Source: Candidatus Micrarchaeota archaeon (GTDB taxonomy: Archaea > Micrarchaeota > Micrarchaeia > Micrarchaeales > CABMGC01). Taken from it: DNA of 59,424 bases. This document shows positions 18,205-28,058 of this stretch, one piece after another. The stretch covers positions 1 to 59,424 of the forward strand of contig JAJZIU010000002.1 of NCBI GenBank assembly GCA_021810455.1, written 5' to 3'. Position numbers and translations under genes: made by a program. The notes under the pieces were generated by a model. It had not been told where the DNA came from. It saw nothing but the letters and a program-made list of their open reading frames with translations, and ran no database searches. Position 1 is the first letter of the stretch, and every line of letters begins with the position of its first letter.

Positions 18205-20032
18205 AGACGCATTTTTAGATATTATAGAAAACGCTATAAGAAACGCATTCGATGGAACGGTAGTGATCGGCAGGAAGGAGATCGATTATTCTGTGCTCTT
18301 TCCAGCAGGAGAACATGCGGATATAAGTTCATCCGTAGCATTCAGAATTGCAAAAATTGTCAAGGATAATCCGAAGAACGTGGCGGATAAGATTATCGAA
18401 TCTGTCAAACCGATAAATCCAATAGTAAAAATGTCAAATCTCAATGGATACATAAATGCACAGTTAGATGAAAAAGAATACTGCAGAATGGTAATTGATG
18501 AAATTGAAAAAAAGAAGGGCAAGTATGGAAATTTGAATTTGGGAAATCTAAAAAAAGTCGTGATAGAGTTCCCAAGTGTAAATCCGAATAAACCATGGCA
18601 TATAGGACACTTAAGATGCGCATTGCTTGGAGATTCAATATCAAACGTGATGGAACATTGCAATTACAAAGTAGAGCGAATGGACTACATAGATGATCTC
18701 GGGCTTCAGATGGCGGAAATACTTTTAGCCATAGGAAATAAAAAAATTGAAAAGAAGTATGATTTGTTTTTAGGGGAAGAGTATGTACGGATAAACACTG
18801 AGATAAGGGAGGGACATTTGGAAAGCAAGGTTTCCGATATTTTGAAAAAAATGGAGGAGACAGAAACTGAGGAAAATAGAAGAGTGAGAGAAATTGCTGA
18901 AAGATGCGTACATGCACAGTACGAAACAGCTTTTGATTATGGGATATACCACGATTCCCTTGTTTTTGAAACAGACGTTGTTAGAGAAGGCTTATTTAAC
19001 ACAGCCATGGATCTGTTGAAAAAGGAAGGTATGGCATCAATAAGAACCGATGGCAATTATAAAGGTTGTTTAGTACTGGGAAGCAAAGAAACTGAAGAAG
19101 GAGAAGGGAAGGTTTTGATAAGAAGCACAGGTGTTCCAACATATATAGGCAAGGATATAGCATTTCATATGTGGAAATTGGGAATTCTAGAAAAGAAATT
19201 CAGATTTAATGAATTTATAAAACAGCCAAATGGAAAGATCGCGTATTCATCATCGCAAAATGGTAGAGAGATGGATTTTGGAGGCTCGGATCTTGCGATA
19301 AACATAATAGGTTCGGCACAGCAACTAAATCAGAAGTTACTGTCAGATTCATTCGAAATACTTGGCAATGGGAGAAAAAGCATAGTGCATCTTGCTTACG
19401 GAGAAGTGAATTTAAAGGAAGGATCGCTTAGCGGTAGGAGTGGCGGATGGATGGGAAGCGGAGCGAACTACACTGCAGATGACTTGTTAAGAGAGACGAC
19501 AACAAGGATAATAGATGTCTCAAGAAAGAACAAAAAACTCGAAGAAGGGAAAATCAACAGCACTTCCAAGAAGGTTGCAGTGGGAGCTATAAGATTTGAA
19601 TACCTTAGAATAGATCCGCTTAAGAAGGTGATATTCGAATGGAGTAGGGCTTTGGATTTGGAATCCAACAGTGGACCATACTGTATGTACATGCACGCAA
19701 GAGCTACAAGCATAATAGAGAAGGCAGGATATACGGAATCCTTGAAGGTTGATGATTACAAGCAGATGACACGCGGCTATGATTTTGAATTGATAAAGCT
19801 ATTGGGAAATGCTGAAGAGATAGTTAGAAAAGCGTGTGTAGAACTTAGGCCAAATGTCATAGCGGAGTATTTGATAGATATCAGTTCGGCTTTCAGCAGA
19901 TTTTATGAAAACATGCCGGTTTTAACAGGGGGAGATGCTATGAGATTAAGGCTTGCAATAGTTATCGCTTCGAAGCAAGTAATAAATAACATGCTTGGTT
20001 TATTAGGTATAGAAACGGTAGAAAAGATGTAA
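18188..20032 (+). CDS. argS: Arginyl-tRNA synthetase
   Basis: IEFPSVNPNKPWHIGHLR (HIGH motif), DDLGLQ, LSGRSG, SGPYCMYMHARA, DALR-type C-terminus; start 18188 or 18194. Confidence 0.96.
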   Translation: MCMYIRDAFLDIIENAIRNAFDGTVVIGRKEIDYSVLFPAGEHADISSSVAFRIAKIVKDNPKNVADKIIESVKPINPIVKMSNLNGYINAQLDEKEYCRMVIDEIEKKKGKYGNLNLGNLKKVVIEFPSVNPNKPWHIGHLRCALLGDSISNVMEHCNYKVERMDYIDDLGLQMAEILLAIGNKKIEKKYDLFLGEEYVRINTEIREGHLESKVSDILKKMEETETEENRRVREIAERCVHAQYETAFDYGIYHDSLVFETDVVREGLFNTAMDLLKKEGMASIRTDGNYKGCLVLGSKETEEGEGKVLIRSTGVPTYIGKDIAFHMWKLGILEKKFRFNEFIKQPNGKIAYSSSQNGREMDFGGSDLAINIIGSAQQLNQKLLSDSFEILGNGRKSIVHLAYGEVNLKEGSLSGRSGGWMGSGANYTADDLLRETTTRIIDVSRKNKKLEEGKINSTSKKVAVGAIRFEYLRIDPLKKVIFEWSRALDLESNSGPYCMYMHARATSIIEKAGYTESLKVDDYKQMTRGYDFELIKLLGNAEEIVRKACVELRPNVIAEYLIDISSAFSRFYENMPVLTGGDAMRLRLAIVIASKQVINNMLGLLGIETVEKM

Positions 20033-20144
20033 GGGCCTGTAGCTCAGCTTGGATAGAGCAGCACCGTCCTAAGGTGATGGTCGCGGGTTCAAAGTGTTTT
20101 TGCATTTTGTATGATTCAGAAACATGAAAATCCCGCCAGGCCCG
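20033..20144 (+). tRNA. tRNA-Arg(CCT) with a 37-nt intron (20094-20130) at non-canonical position 59/60 in the T-loop
   Basis: Acceptor GGGCCTG/CAGGCCC, D-stem GCTC/GAGC, anticodon CCT at 20068-20070, T-stem GCGGG/CCCGC; perfect bulge-helix-bulge: central helix TTCA/TGAA, bulges AAG and AAT, intron helix TGTTT/AAACA. Confidence 0.93.
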
Positions 20145-20195
20145 TACATATTAATAAATCTGTTATAACAATTGTATTTCAGCTTGGTTATTTGC

Positions 20196-21230
20196 ATGGA
20201 AAACAGAAACAGGTCGAGAGAACCGAAAATACTCGTCAAACCTTTGGGCAGGTATGGTGGTTTGGACAATATACACCTCAGCCTTATAGTACTGGTTGCC
20301 ATACTGGTGACATTGCTCCTTGTGATATCTTATTATAAGCCACCAATAATGCCCAGCACCCAGAATAACAACTGCACTTATGCTTACAACGGATTATGCT
20401 CTGAGCCTATTCACAATGCAAGTATGATAAGTAAGATTGCTGCGCAGGAACTCGCAAGTTACAATTACGTGAACACGTCCTTATCGTTAATACCATACAT
20501 ATCAGATGTAAACAATGAAAGCATTTCTTACATGCCAAAAGAAAGCGATTGGTATGTTAATGTTCCAATGAAAAATCCTGGATCAAACACAATAGTCAAC
20601 TTTGGAATGCTGATAAATGATAAAAACGTTAGTGACATCGTTCCATTCCTTCAGACCGTTAGGCCACAAACCACACCAAATCAGTATGTGGTTTCAAAAG
20701 GCGTGGTTAAGTTGGGTGGAAAGGTTTCGTGTAATCAGAGCGGTCCGCTGCAAGTTTACTGGTTCATAGATCCTTATGCGAATGGAAACATCAGAAGCTT
20801 ATTCAATGCAGTTAATATTAGCAGTGAATATGGTAAAAACGTTTCAGTATCCACGTACATATTATCAACACAATCCACGCAGGCCATGATTAGCACGTAT
20901 GGTATTGGCGCATTGAATCTTGGCAAGTATGTTTACTGCGCTTCTAGACAGGAGAATTATGCGGATTTTGTCAAGGCTTTGAACATAAGTTACGTAGGCA
21001 CTTACATACCACAATCTACATTGCAAGACATAGCAAATTCATCCGGATTGAACATGAGCCAATTGAATAGCTGTATCGCATCTTCTCAGACTGTAATAAA
21101 TAGACAGGCGGTGCTTGCCAGCTATTATAACATCACTTCGACTCCCACCGTAGTAACAGATTGCCAGTACCTATCGATACCGCAAACCGAAAGCGAAGCG
21201 CTCTGCTATGCAGACAAAAGATTCTGCTGA
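20196..21230 (+). CDS. Membrane-anchored extracellular protein with a C-terminal DsbA/thioredoxin-like domain lacking CxxC
   Basis: N-terminal TM helix; YWFIDPYANG at the usual FxDxxCPxC site; YCASRQ, LNSCI and YNITSTPTVV (cis-Pro loop) resemble DsbA-like folds. Confidence 0.6.
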   Translation: MENRNRSREPKILVKPLGRYGGLDNIHLSLIVLVAILVTLLLVISYYKPPIMPSTQNNNCTYAYNGLCSEPIHNASMISKIAAQELASYNYVNTSLSLIPYISDVNNESISYMPKESDWYVNVPMKNPGSNTIVNFGMLINDKNVSDIVPFLQTVRPQTTPNQYVVSKGVVKLGGKVSCNQSGPLQVYWFIDPYANGNIRSLFNAVNISSEYGKNVSVSTYILSTQSTQAMISTYGIGALNLGKYVYCASRQENYADFVKALNISYVGTYIPQSTLQDIANSSGLNMSQLNSCIASSQTVINRQAVLASYYNITSTPTVVTDCQYLSIPQTESEALCYADKRFC

Positions 21231-21236
21231 ATCACG

Positions 21237-21728
21237 ATGTATATAATAGTTGGAGTTGACACAGGAAAAACCTCAGCGATAGCGTGTGTGGATCTCAGTA
21301 GAAGATTGGTTTTCACTTCTACAAGGAGATTTGGAGGAATCGAATGGTTTGTGGAAACAATAAGAAACCGCGGTTCTCCAGTAATAATGGCAAGTGACAA
21401 GCATAAAGCAAACGGTTCGATAATTAAACTAGCTTCTATTTTTGACGCTGTACTTTATGTGCCACGAGAGGACATAAGCGTTGGGAAAAAGAAGGAAGTT
21501 GCCGGAAATCTTGGCAGAAGTGTGCATGAGAGAGATGCCGTATCTGCGGCAATGTCAGCTTATAACAAATATGCAAATAAGGTAAATCAGGCATAGAACA
21601 TGGCGAAAGAAGTCGGCATGTCTGACGTTGATACGGTTAAGGCATTGGTAATAAAGAAACATTCAGTGTATGAAGCCCTTATAGGCAAAAAAGCAGAAGA
21701 TTTGTTAGATGATATCAGACAGATTTAG
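21237..21728 (+). pseudogene. DUF460-like (RNase H-fold) gene interrupted by an in-frame TAG at 21594-21596
   Basis: IVGVDTGKTSAIA, ASDK, HERDA motifs; the same frame continues for 43 codons (NMAKEVGMSDVDTVKALVIKK...) after the TAG. Confidence 0.65.
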
Positions 21729-21872
21729 CCGGATATTTGTACTTTTATCTGGTTGGTTTTTTGGAGAGTGATTTTTGAGAGGACAATACCGTAACATTAT
21801 TAAAGTCTCACTTTTAATTATGTATCGACAATTTTTAATTTACAGCGGCCAGATATTTGATAGATGTTATTT

Positions 21873-22196
21873 ATGGAAAAGCCTACATCAATAAAAGAGG
21901 TCCAAGTTGCTGAACAGAAGGCAAAACTTATTTTGGATAATGCTCTGGCTGAAAAGGAATCATCTATTTCAAAGGCTGCGAGTAAAGCGCAGAAGAATAT
22001 CGATGAAAGCATCGAAAATTCAAAGAAAATTCATGAAAAGACACTTAGAGATGCTGAACTGAAACTGATTTCAGAAAGAAAGGAGGCACTATCAAAAGCA
22101 CACAAGGATGCGGCGAAGTTGAAGAAATCTTCGATGAATAAAACAGCATTGGAGAAAGCCGTAAAAATAGCTATAAAAGAAATATTAGGTATGTAA
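21873..22196 (+). CDS. atpH: A/V-type ATP synthase subunit H (peripheral stalk)
   Basis: Charged helical protein (IKEVQVAEQKA) in first position, directly before subunit I. Confidence 0.75.
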   Translation: MEKPTSIKEVQVAEQKAKLILDNALAEKESSISKAASKAQKNIDESIENSKKIHEKTLRDAELKLISERKEALSKAHKDAAKLKKSSMNKTALEKAVKIAIKEILGM

Positions 22197-24062
22197 ATGC
22201 TACGCACCGAGCCTATGCAAAAGATAAGGCTCCTTTGCCTTGATAAGGATAAGGATAGTGTAATCATTGCATTGCACAAGTTGGGTGCAGTAGATCTTAG
22301 AAAAAGCAAATTGGATTTGCAGGATTACGGTTCTTCTACGGAAATAGGAGAACTTTCCGAATTATTAGTAAGGGTTCAGGGAGCAATAGACGCACTTGAA
22401 AAACGTGAAGTTAAAAAAGAGAAACATTTGTCCAGAGATCTTCTCGTAAATAGAGTCAAAAAATTTAGTGCGATAAATGATATATACGCACTAAACGAAA
22501 AACGAAGAGACATCAGAGAGGAAGAAAAGTTATTGGATTATGCCGAAGAAGTCGCACGTGCTTTCGAAAGTTCAAACATTGATTTTTCTTACTGTGACAC
22601 AAAGTATATTACAGTGAGAGGATTCCAGGTTGAGAATAAACAAATAAAAGTTATAGAGAAGGAACTCGGGCAGAAATCCACAGATGTAACAGTAGACATT
22701 TCTCGCATTGATAAGGATTACTCATCATTACTTGTAGCATATGAGAAAGGCAAAGCTGGAATTGAGGAATTGGTAAGAACGTACAAATTAAGAGAGTACG
22801 ATTTCAAAGCTGCATTCTTGACAGGTGTACCAAAACAGGTAATGCATACGGTATCTTCTAAGAGAAAGAGGAATAGTGAAGAACTGTCACTGATAAGTAA
22901 AAGGATGTCAAAACTCAGTGATCAGAATTATTCGAAACTGGTAGGATTTGCAGAGATGCTTCGCATAGAAATAGAACGTGCAGAGATAAGCGTAAATCTG
23001 AAAAGAACGGAGAGGAGCATAATGTTAGAAGGCTGGGTTCCGAAGAAACAGATGGAAGCTACACGCAATGCAATTTCGAAAGATACTAGGGGCAGGTTTG
23101 TTATAGAGGACATGGATGCTGAAGATGAACTAGCACCAACGCTTCTTAACAGGCCAAAATTCCTTAAGCCGTTTGACTATATGGTTGAATTTTTCTCCGT
23201 GCCTAGAAGTGATGAGATAGATCCGACATGGATTTTTATAATATCATTTCCGATATTCTACGGACTGATGATATCGGACGTGGGGTACGGTGTGGCTTCA
23301 TTTCTATTTGTGACATGGGTAAGAAAGATAACAAATCCAGAAGGATTGGTTTACAACGCAGCAGGAATATGGCAACTGTGCGCATTATCTGCTATTTTCT
23401 TCGGATTTCTATCAAACCAATACTTTGGATTACAGTTGAATCAATACTTCATTAAAAATTTCATGCCTCTTGATTGGTTCGGCAATGTGAGTTCGATAAT
23501 AATGCTTACCGTGTATTTTGGAATAGCACAAGTGATACTTGGACTTGCTTTTGGATTTGTAAATAGCTACAAAAAGAGGCACATGAAAATCGCGGCGAGT
23601 AAATTGACTTCAATAGCGCTTATTGCATTCAGTTACGTTAGCATAGGAGGCGCATTCTTCGGAGCCTTCAACGGAACTGCAACCATAACGGCAACCGTGT
23701 TTGCAGTGATGATGCTCATAGCCACAGCAATATTGACAGGCAGTGAAGCTGTGGAGATAACAAATCTGCTCACGCACATATTAAGTTATACAAGAATAAT
23801 GGGTTTTGGATTAGGAAGCGTGATAATAGCATTTCTCATAGATCAGGCGTTTACGCCAACTTTTAGCCATGGTATACTATTATTTGTCGTTTATCTGATA
23901 ATGTTTATAGTGCTTCACTTCTTAAACATGATTGTTGGAATTTTTGAAGGCATTGTTCAAGGAATAAGGCTTAATTTCGTTGAATTCTTTACAAAGTTTT
24001 ATGAAGGAGGAGGAATCAAGTTCAAACCTTTCTCATACAAGAGAGTTTATACTAAAGAATAG
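22197..24062 (+). CDS. atpI: A/V-type ATP synthase subunit I (a)
   Basis: EGWVP, PTLL, EIDPT, YGLMISDVGYG, LSYTRI (essential Arg), RLNFVEFFTKFYEGGG. Confidence 0.95.
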   Translation: MLRTEPMQKIRLLCLDKDKDSVIIALHKLGAVDLRKSKLDLQDYGSSTEIGELSELLVRVQGAIDALEKREVKKEKHLSRDLLVNRVKKFSAINDIYALNEKRRDIREEEKLLDYAEEVARAFESSNIDFSYCDTKYITVRGFQVENKQIKVIEKELGQKSTDVTVDISRIDKDYSSLLVAYEKGKAGIEELVRTYKLREYDFKAAFLTGVPKQVMHTVSSKRKRNSEELSLISKRMSKLSDQNYSKLVGFAEMLRIEIERAEISVNLKRTERSIMLEGWVPKKQMEATRNAISKDTRGRFVIEDMDAEDELAPTLLNRPKFLKPFDYMVEFFSVPRSDEIDPTWIFIISFPIFYGLMISDVGYGVASFLFVTWVRKITNPEGLVYNAAGIWQLCALSAIFFGFLSNQYFGLQLNQYFIKNFMPLDWFGNVSSIIMLTVYFGIAQVILGLAFGFVNSYKKRHMKIAASKLTSIALIAFSYVSIGGAFFGAFNGTATITATVFAVMMLIATAILTGSEAVEITNLLTHILSYTRIMGFGLGSVIIAFLIDQAFTPTFSHGILLFVVYLIMFIVLHFLNMIVGIFEGIVQGIRLNFVEFFTKFYEGGGIKFKPFSYKRVYTKE

Positions 24063-24070
24063 GTGAAAAT

Positions 24071-24307
24071 GTGGTAATAACTTCCGCAGCTGCAACAGCT
24101 GCAATAGGAGCAGGATTGGCTATATTTGGAGGAGCCATAGGTACAGGAATCGCACAGTCAGGAATAGGAGCTGCAGGACTTGGACTGCTTGCAGAGAAAC
24201 CTGAAGAAATGGGAAGAGTGTTGCTCTTCATAGTACTTCCTGAAACGCTGGTCATATTCGGCCTTGTAATAGCAATTCTTATACTCTTAAGCGCTGGTGT
24301 AGTATAA
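24071..24307 (+). CDS. atpK: A/V-type ATP synthase proteolipid subunit K (c), single hairpin
   Basis: GTGIAQSGIGAAG...LPETLVIFG with the ion-binding Glu. Confidence 0.95.
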   Translation: MVITSAAATAAIGAGLAIFGGAIGTGIAQSGIGAAGLGLLAEKPEEMGRVLLFIVLPETLVIFGLVIAILILLSAGVV

Positions 24308-24317
24308 AGGTGTAAGT

Positions 24318-24869
24318 GTGGCTTTGCCAGAGCTTAAAAGAGACATTGAGAATGAGGCCAGGGCTAAAGTGAAGGCCGTGGAAAAGGAAACCGAAAAAGA
24401 GGTGGAAAAAATACTGAAGGAGGCCAAAGCAGAATCGGAGAAAATAATCTCTAAGGCCAAGGAGGAAGCCAACAAGGAAGCTAAAGCGAAACTTGCTGAA
24501 GGTAAAGCAGAAATAGGAATGGAGATTGAATCTGTAATAAATGCAGCCAAGACTGAAGCCATAGATACACACTTCAACGTTTTCAAGAAAAAACTGTCGG
24601 TTGAGCTTTCCAAGCACATGCAAGAGATAGCTAAAAACGCCATAAAGCAGTTCCGGAATGTTGTAGGAGATGAAGAGGTGTTTGTTGAGACAAACAAGAA
24701 AAACGCATTAATGATGAAAGGCGTAAAGAATGTGAAGTATGCGGATATAGAAGGATTTACATTATATACCTCAGACAAGAAAATAAGCCTTCACGTTAGT
24801 GTGGACCGACTCATAAGTGATAGAGAACATGAGTTGAAGAGCATAATGGCAGCGCATGTATTCAAGTGA
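24318..24869 (+). CDS. atpE: A/V-type ATP synthase subunit E
   Basis: MALPELKRDIENEA coiled-coil N-terminus; operon position after K. Confidence 0.85.
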   Translation: MALPELKRDIENEARAKVKAVEKETEKEVEKILKEAKAESEKIISKAKEEANKEAKAKLAEGKAEIGMEIESVINAAKTEAIDTHFNVFKKKLSVELSKHMQEIAKNAIKQFRNVVGDEEVFVETNKKNALMMKGVKNVKYADIEGFTLYTSDKKISLHVSVDRLISDREHELKSIMAAHVFK

Positions 24870-24875
24870 TTTTTG

Positions 24876-25934
24876 ATGGGTTACTCGGCAATAATGAAGT
24901 ATGCTTACCCAAGCACCAGAGTAAAGGCCATGGAAGCCAAACTGCTCAGTAGCTCTGCCATGAAAAGCATAGCTACAGCAAAGGATGTAGGCTCAATAAT
25001 GTCAGTGTTAATCCAGACGGACTACAACAAGGCGTTATCTGAGTTTGGTGGAATAGCGATAAAGCATTCGCTGATAGACTTTGCATTAAGCAAGAACATG
25101 GCAGAGAGGTTAGGCAAACTCATAGGAGTAACACCTAAACAAAACAGAAGCGTTCTGAGGAATGTGACTGGAAAGCTGGAGCTTAATAACGTAAAACTTG
25201 CAATAGAAGCAAAGGATCGCAATCTAGGATACGATGCAATATCCTCATACATAATAGACTATGGGATTTACAACCAATCTGCAGTGAAAGAAGCCATGAG
25301 AGAACCCTCCATAGAAGACATGCTCTCGAGATTTATGAAGAATTCGCCTTATGCAGACATAATAAAGGATGCGATAGACATTTACAAGAGCAGCAAAGAC
25401 GCCATTGAAACGGTTAGTGCCATAGATGTAAGATATTATAAATTATTAGGCACTTCCATAAACAAACTCCTACAGACATCGGACAGATCATCAGCTATAT
25501 TAAGAATGGATATCGATATGAGAAACTTGCTCATTCTTATAAGAGCAAAGAAAAGAAAAATCGCATTCTCGGAAGTTTCTAAAAACCTGATAAGTAATGG
25601 AAATGTCAATGAAAATGCATTGGCAGGGATGTATAATGGATCAGAGGACGTAAGTACGTTTGCTGGTTCGATTAAAAGTTTTGATTTGAAGGAAGCTATT
25701 GAACAGTACAAGAAAAATGGACAGTTGATAGCGTTTGAAATAGGGATGAGAAATTCGCTTTTTGCAAAGAGCTTGAGTGTACTGAGATGTTCGACGTTGT
25801 CGTTCGCAAGTCTTCTCGCATATGTATACTTAAAAGAGACGGAGGTTTTTGCGCTTAGAATATTAATAAAGAGCAAAATGTACGGACTTTCGGAGGAAGA
25901 GATATCAAGGTTGATAACATGGAAGATCGCATAA
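24876..25934 (+). CDS. atpC: A/V-type ATP synthase subunit C
   Basis: YAYPSTRVKAMEAKLL, DIDMRNL, YVYLKETEV motifs; operon position. Confidence 0.88.
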   Translation: MGYSAIMKYAYPSTRVKAMEAKLLSSSAMKSIATAKDVGSIMSVLIQTDYNKALSEFGGIAIKHSLIDFALSKNMAERLGKLIGVTPKQNRSVLRNVTGKLELNNVKLAIEAKDRNLGYDAISSYIIDYGIYNQSAVKEAMREPSIEDMLSRFMKNSPYADIIKDAIDIYKSSKDAIETVSAIDVRYYKLLGTSINKLLQTSDRSSAILRMDIDMRNLLILIRAKKRKIAFSEVSKNLISNGNVNENALAGMYNGSEDVSTFAGSIKSFDLKEAIEQYKKNGQLIAFEIGMRNSLFAKSLSVLRCSTLSFASLLAYVYLKETEVFALRILIKSKMYGLSEEEISRLITWKIA

Positions 25935-26263
25935 AGGGAGATTATAAAATAGCAGTTGTAGCAAACAACGAAGCAGTCTTGGGATTCAAGATTGCAGGAG
26001 TTCGTGATGCACGCACTGTTGAAACTCAGGAGGAAGCAGAATCAGTAGTAAAGGACATATTGGAGAAAAAAGATATTGGAGTTGTCATAATAACGTCAAA
26101 TATTTCAAGAATGATAAAGGATAGGAGGTTACACAACGCAATACAGAGTAGCCTTTTGCCTATGTTCGTAGAAGTGCCAGAGTACAATGAGGAATTTAAA
26201 CCTGATACGCTCAGGGCACTAGTTATGCGAGCACTTGGAATAGATATAAACAGAATAGGTTGA
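25919..26263 (+). CDS. atpF: A/V-type ATP synthase subunit F
   Basis: KIAVV...[22 protein letters not shown]. Confidence 0.9.
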   Translation: MEDRIKGDYKIAVVANNEAVLGFKIAGVRDARTVETQEEAESVVKDILEKKDIGVVIITSNISRMIKDRRLHNAIQSSLLPMFVEVPEYNEEFKPDTLRALVMRALGIDINRIG

Positions 26264-26267
26264 AATT

Positions 26268-28049
26268 ATGGGAATTATACAAAGAGTATCTGGACCGCTT
26301 GTTATAGCAAAGGATATGCTTGGAAGCAGAATGTACGATGTGGTAAAAGTTGGCAGTGGTGAGCTCGTAGGCGAGATAATTCAACTTAAGGGGAGCTCCG
26401 CAGTCATACAGGTTTATGAAGATACTACAGGAGTGAAACCAGGAGATGAAGTGTACACGACAGGCGCGCCATTATCAGTAGAACTGGGCCCAGGAATACT
26501 CGGAATGATATATGATGGTATTCAAAGGCCATTGGATGATTTATTCAAAAAGAGTGGTGCGTTTATAGGAAAGGGAATAAGCGTTGCATCGTTAGACAGA
26601 AATAAAAAATGGAAATTCAATGCTTCGGTTAAGAAAGGTGTCAGAGTAAGTGAAGGGGAAATATTAGGTTACGTGCAGGAAACCCCAACAATCAAGCATT
26701 ACATAATGGTTCCGTATGGAGTGAATGGCAAAGTGAAGGAGATAAGGAGTGGTAACTTTTCCATAGATAGCACTATTGCCAAAGTAGAACATAACGGCAA
26801 AACTATGGAGATCAAGATGCTTCAAAAAAGACCGGTAAGGATACAAAGTAAGTTCAAAAGAAAATTCGGCACTAATGAACCATTAGTTACAGGGCAGAGA
26901 GTCGTGGATACAATGTTTCCTATAGCTAAGGGAGGTACAGCTGCAGTTCCAGGACCATTTGGATCTGGAAAAACAGTACTTCAACAAAGCTTGGCAAAAT
27001 GGTCTAATGCAGATATAGTGGTTTATGTAGGTTGCGGAGAAAGAGGCAACGAGATGACAGACGTACTTACCGAATTCCCAGAATTGAAAGATCCTAACAC
27101 AGGAAGACCCTTAATGGAACGAACAGTGCTTATAGCAAATACGAGTAACATGCCCGTAGCTGCGAGAGAAGCAAGTATATACGCAGGCATAACAATAGCA
27201 GAGTATTTCAGAGACATGGGATACGAAGTTGCAGTTATGGCAGACTCGACATCAAGATGGGCCGAAGCGATGAGAGAGATATCAGCAAGACTTGAGGAGA
27301 TGCCAGGTGAGGAAGCATATCCAGCTTATCTTCCAAAAAGACTTGCGGAATATTACGAAAGAAGCGGAAGAGTCGAAGCTTTGAGTGGCAAGAAAGGCGG
27401 TATTACATTGATAGGGGCTGTTTCACCAACCGGAGGAGACATATCAGAACCAGTATCGCAGGGAACGCTCAGGGTAGTGAAGGTGTTTTGGGCACTTGAT
27501 GCATCATTGGCTGGTTCTAGGCATTTTCCGGCAATAAACTGGCTTAACAGTTACTCGTTGTATATGGATTCACTTAAGGATTGGTACTCTAGCAACGTTA
27601 GCAGCGATTTCGTAAGCAGAAGAAACGATGCGATGAAACTGCTACAGAGAGAAGCTGAACTCAAAGACATAGTACAGCTTGTTGGAGAGGATGCTTTGCC
27701 TGATTCTGAACGCATAGTGCTTACAATAGGCAGGATGTTGAGGGAAGATTACCTTAGACAAAGTGCATTTGATGAAATAGATGCATACTCCACTTTGAAG
27801 AAGCAGAATCTCATGCTTGATGCCATAATGCATTTTGCAAAATATGCTACAGAAGCAGTAAAGAAAGGTGTTGGAGCTGAGAGCATAGCAAACATGAAAG
27901 TAAAATCGGAAATTGCCAGAATGAAAGGTATAAAGGAGAACGAGATAGAGAGTTCTGCAAAAAAGATAATGGAGAACATAAACAAGGAGATGGATACACT
28001 GATAAGAGCTGAGCAGGAAGTGGAAAAGGAGGAGGTAAGAAAGAAATGA
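26268..28049 (+). CDS. atpA: A/V-type ATP synthase catalytic subunit A (no intein)
   Basis: Walker [50 protein letters not shown]. Confidence 0.98.
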   Translation: MGIIQRVSGPLVIAKDMLGSRMYDVVKVGSGELVGEIIQLKGSSAVIQVYEDTTGVKPGDEVYTTGAPLSVELGPGILGMIYDGIQRPLDDLFKKSGAFIGKGISVASLDRNKKWKFNASVKKGVRVSEGEILGYVQETPTIKHYIMVPYGVNGKVKEIRSGNFSIDSTIAKVEHNGKTMEIKMLQKRPVRIQSKFKRKFGTNEPLVTGQRVVDTMFPIAKGGTAAVPGPFGSGKTVLQQSLAKWSNADIVVYVGCGERGNEMTDVLTEFPELKDPNTGRPLMERTVLIANTSNMPVAAREASIYAGITIAEYFRDMGYEVAVMADSTSRWAEAMREISARLEEMPGEEAYPAYLPKRLAEYYERSGRVEALSGKKGGITLIGAVSPTGGDISEPVSQGTLRVVKVFWALDASLAGSRHFPAINWLNSYSLYMDSLKDWYSSNVSSDFVSRRNDAMKLLQREAELKDIVQLVGEDALPDSERIVLTIGRMLREDYLRQSAFDEIDAYSTLKKQNLMLDAIMHFAKYATEAVKKGVGAESIANMKVKSEIARMKGIKENEIESSAKKIMENINKEMDTLIRAEQEVEKEEVRKK

Positions 28050-28058
28050 GGCGTTTGT

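Noticed and set aside
21594..21596. Pyrrolysine or genome-wide amber recoding
   Set aside because: TAG terminates conserved genes at their expected ends in this window, and no pyl genes are present here
26268..28049. Intein in ATP synthase subunit A
   Set aside because: The sequence is continuous through GPFGSGKT and VGCGERGNE and has normal length
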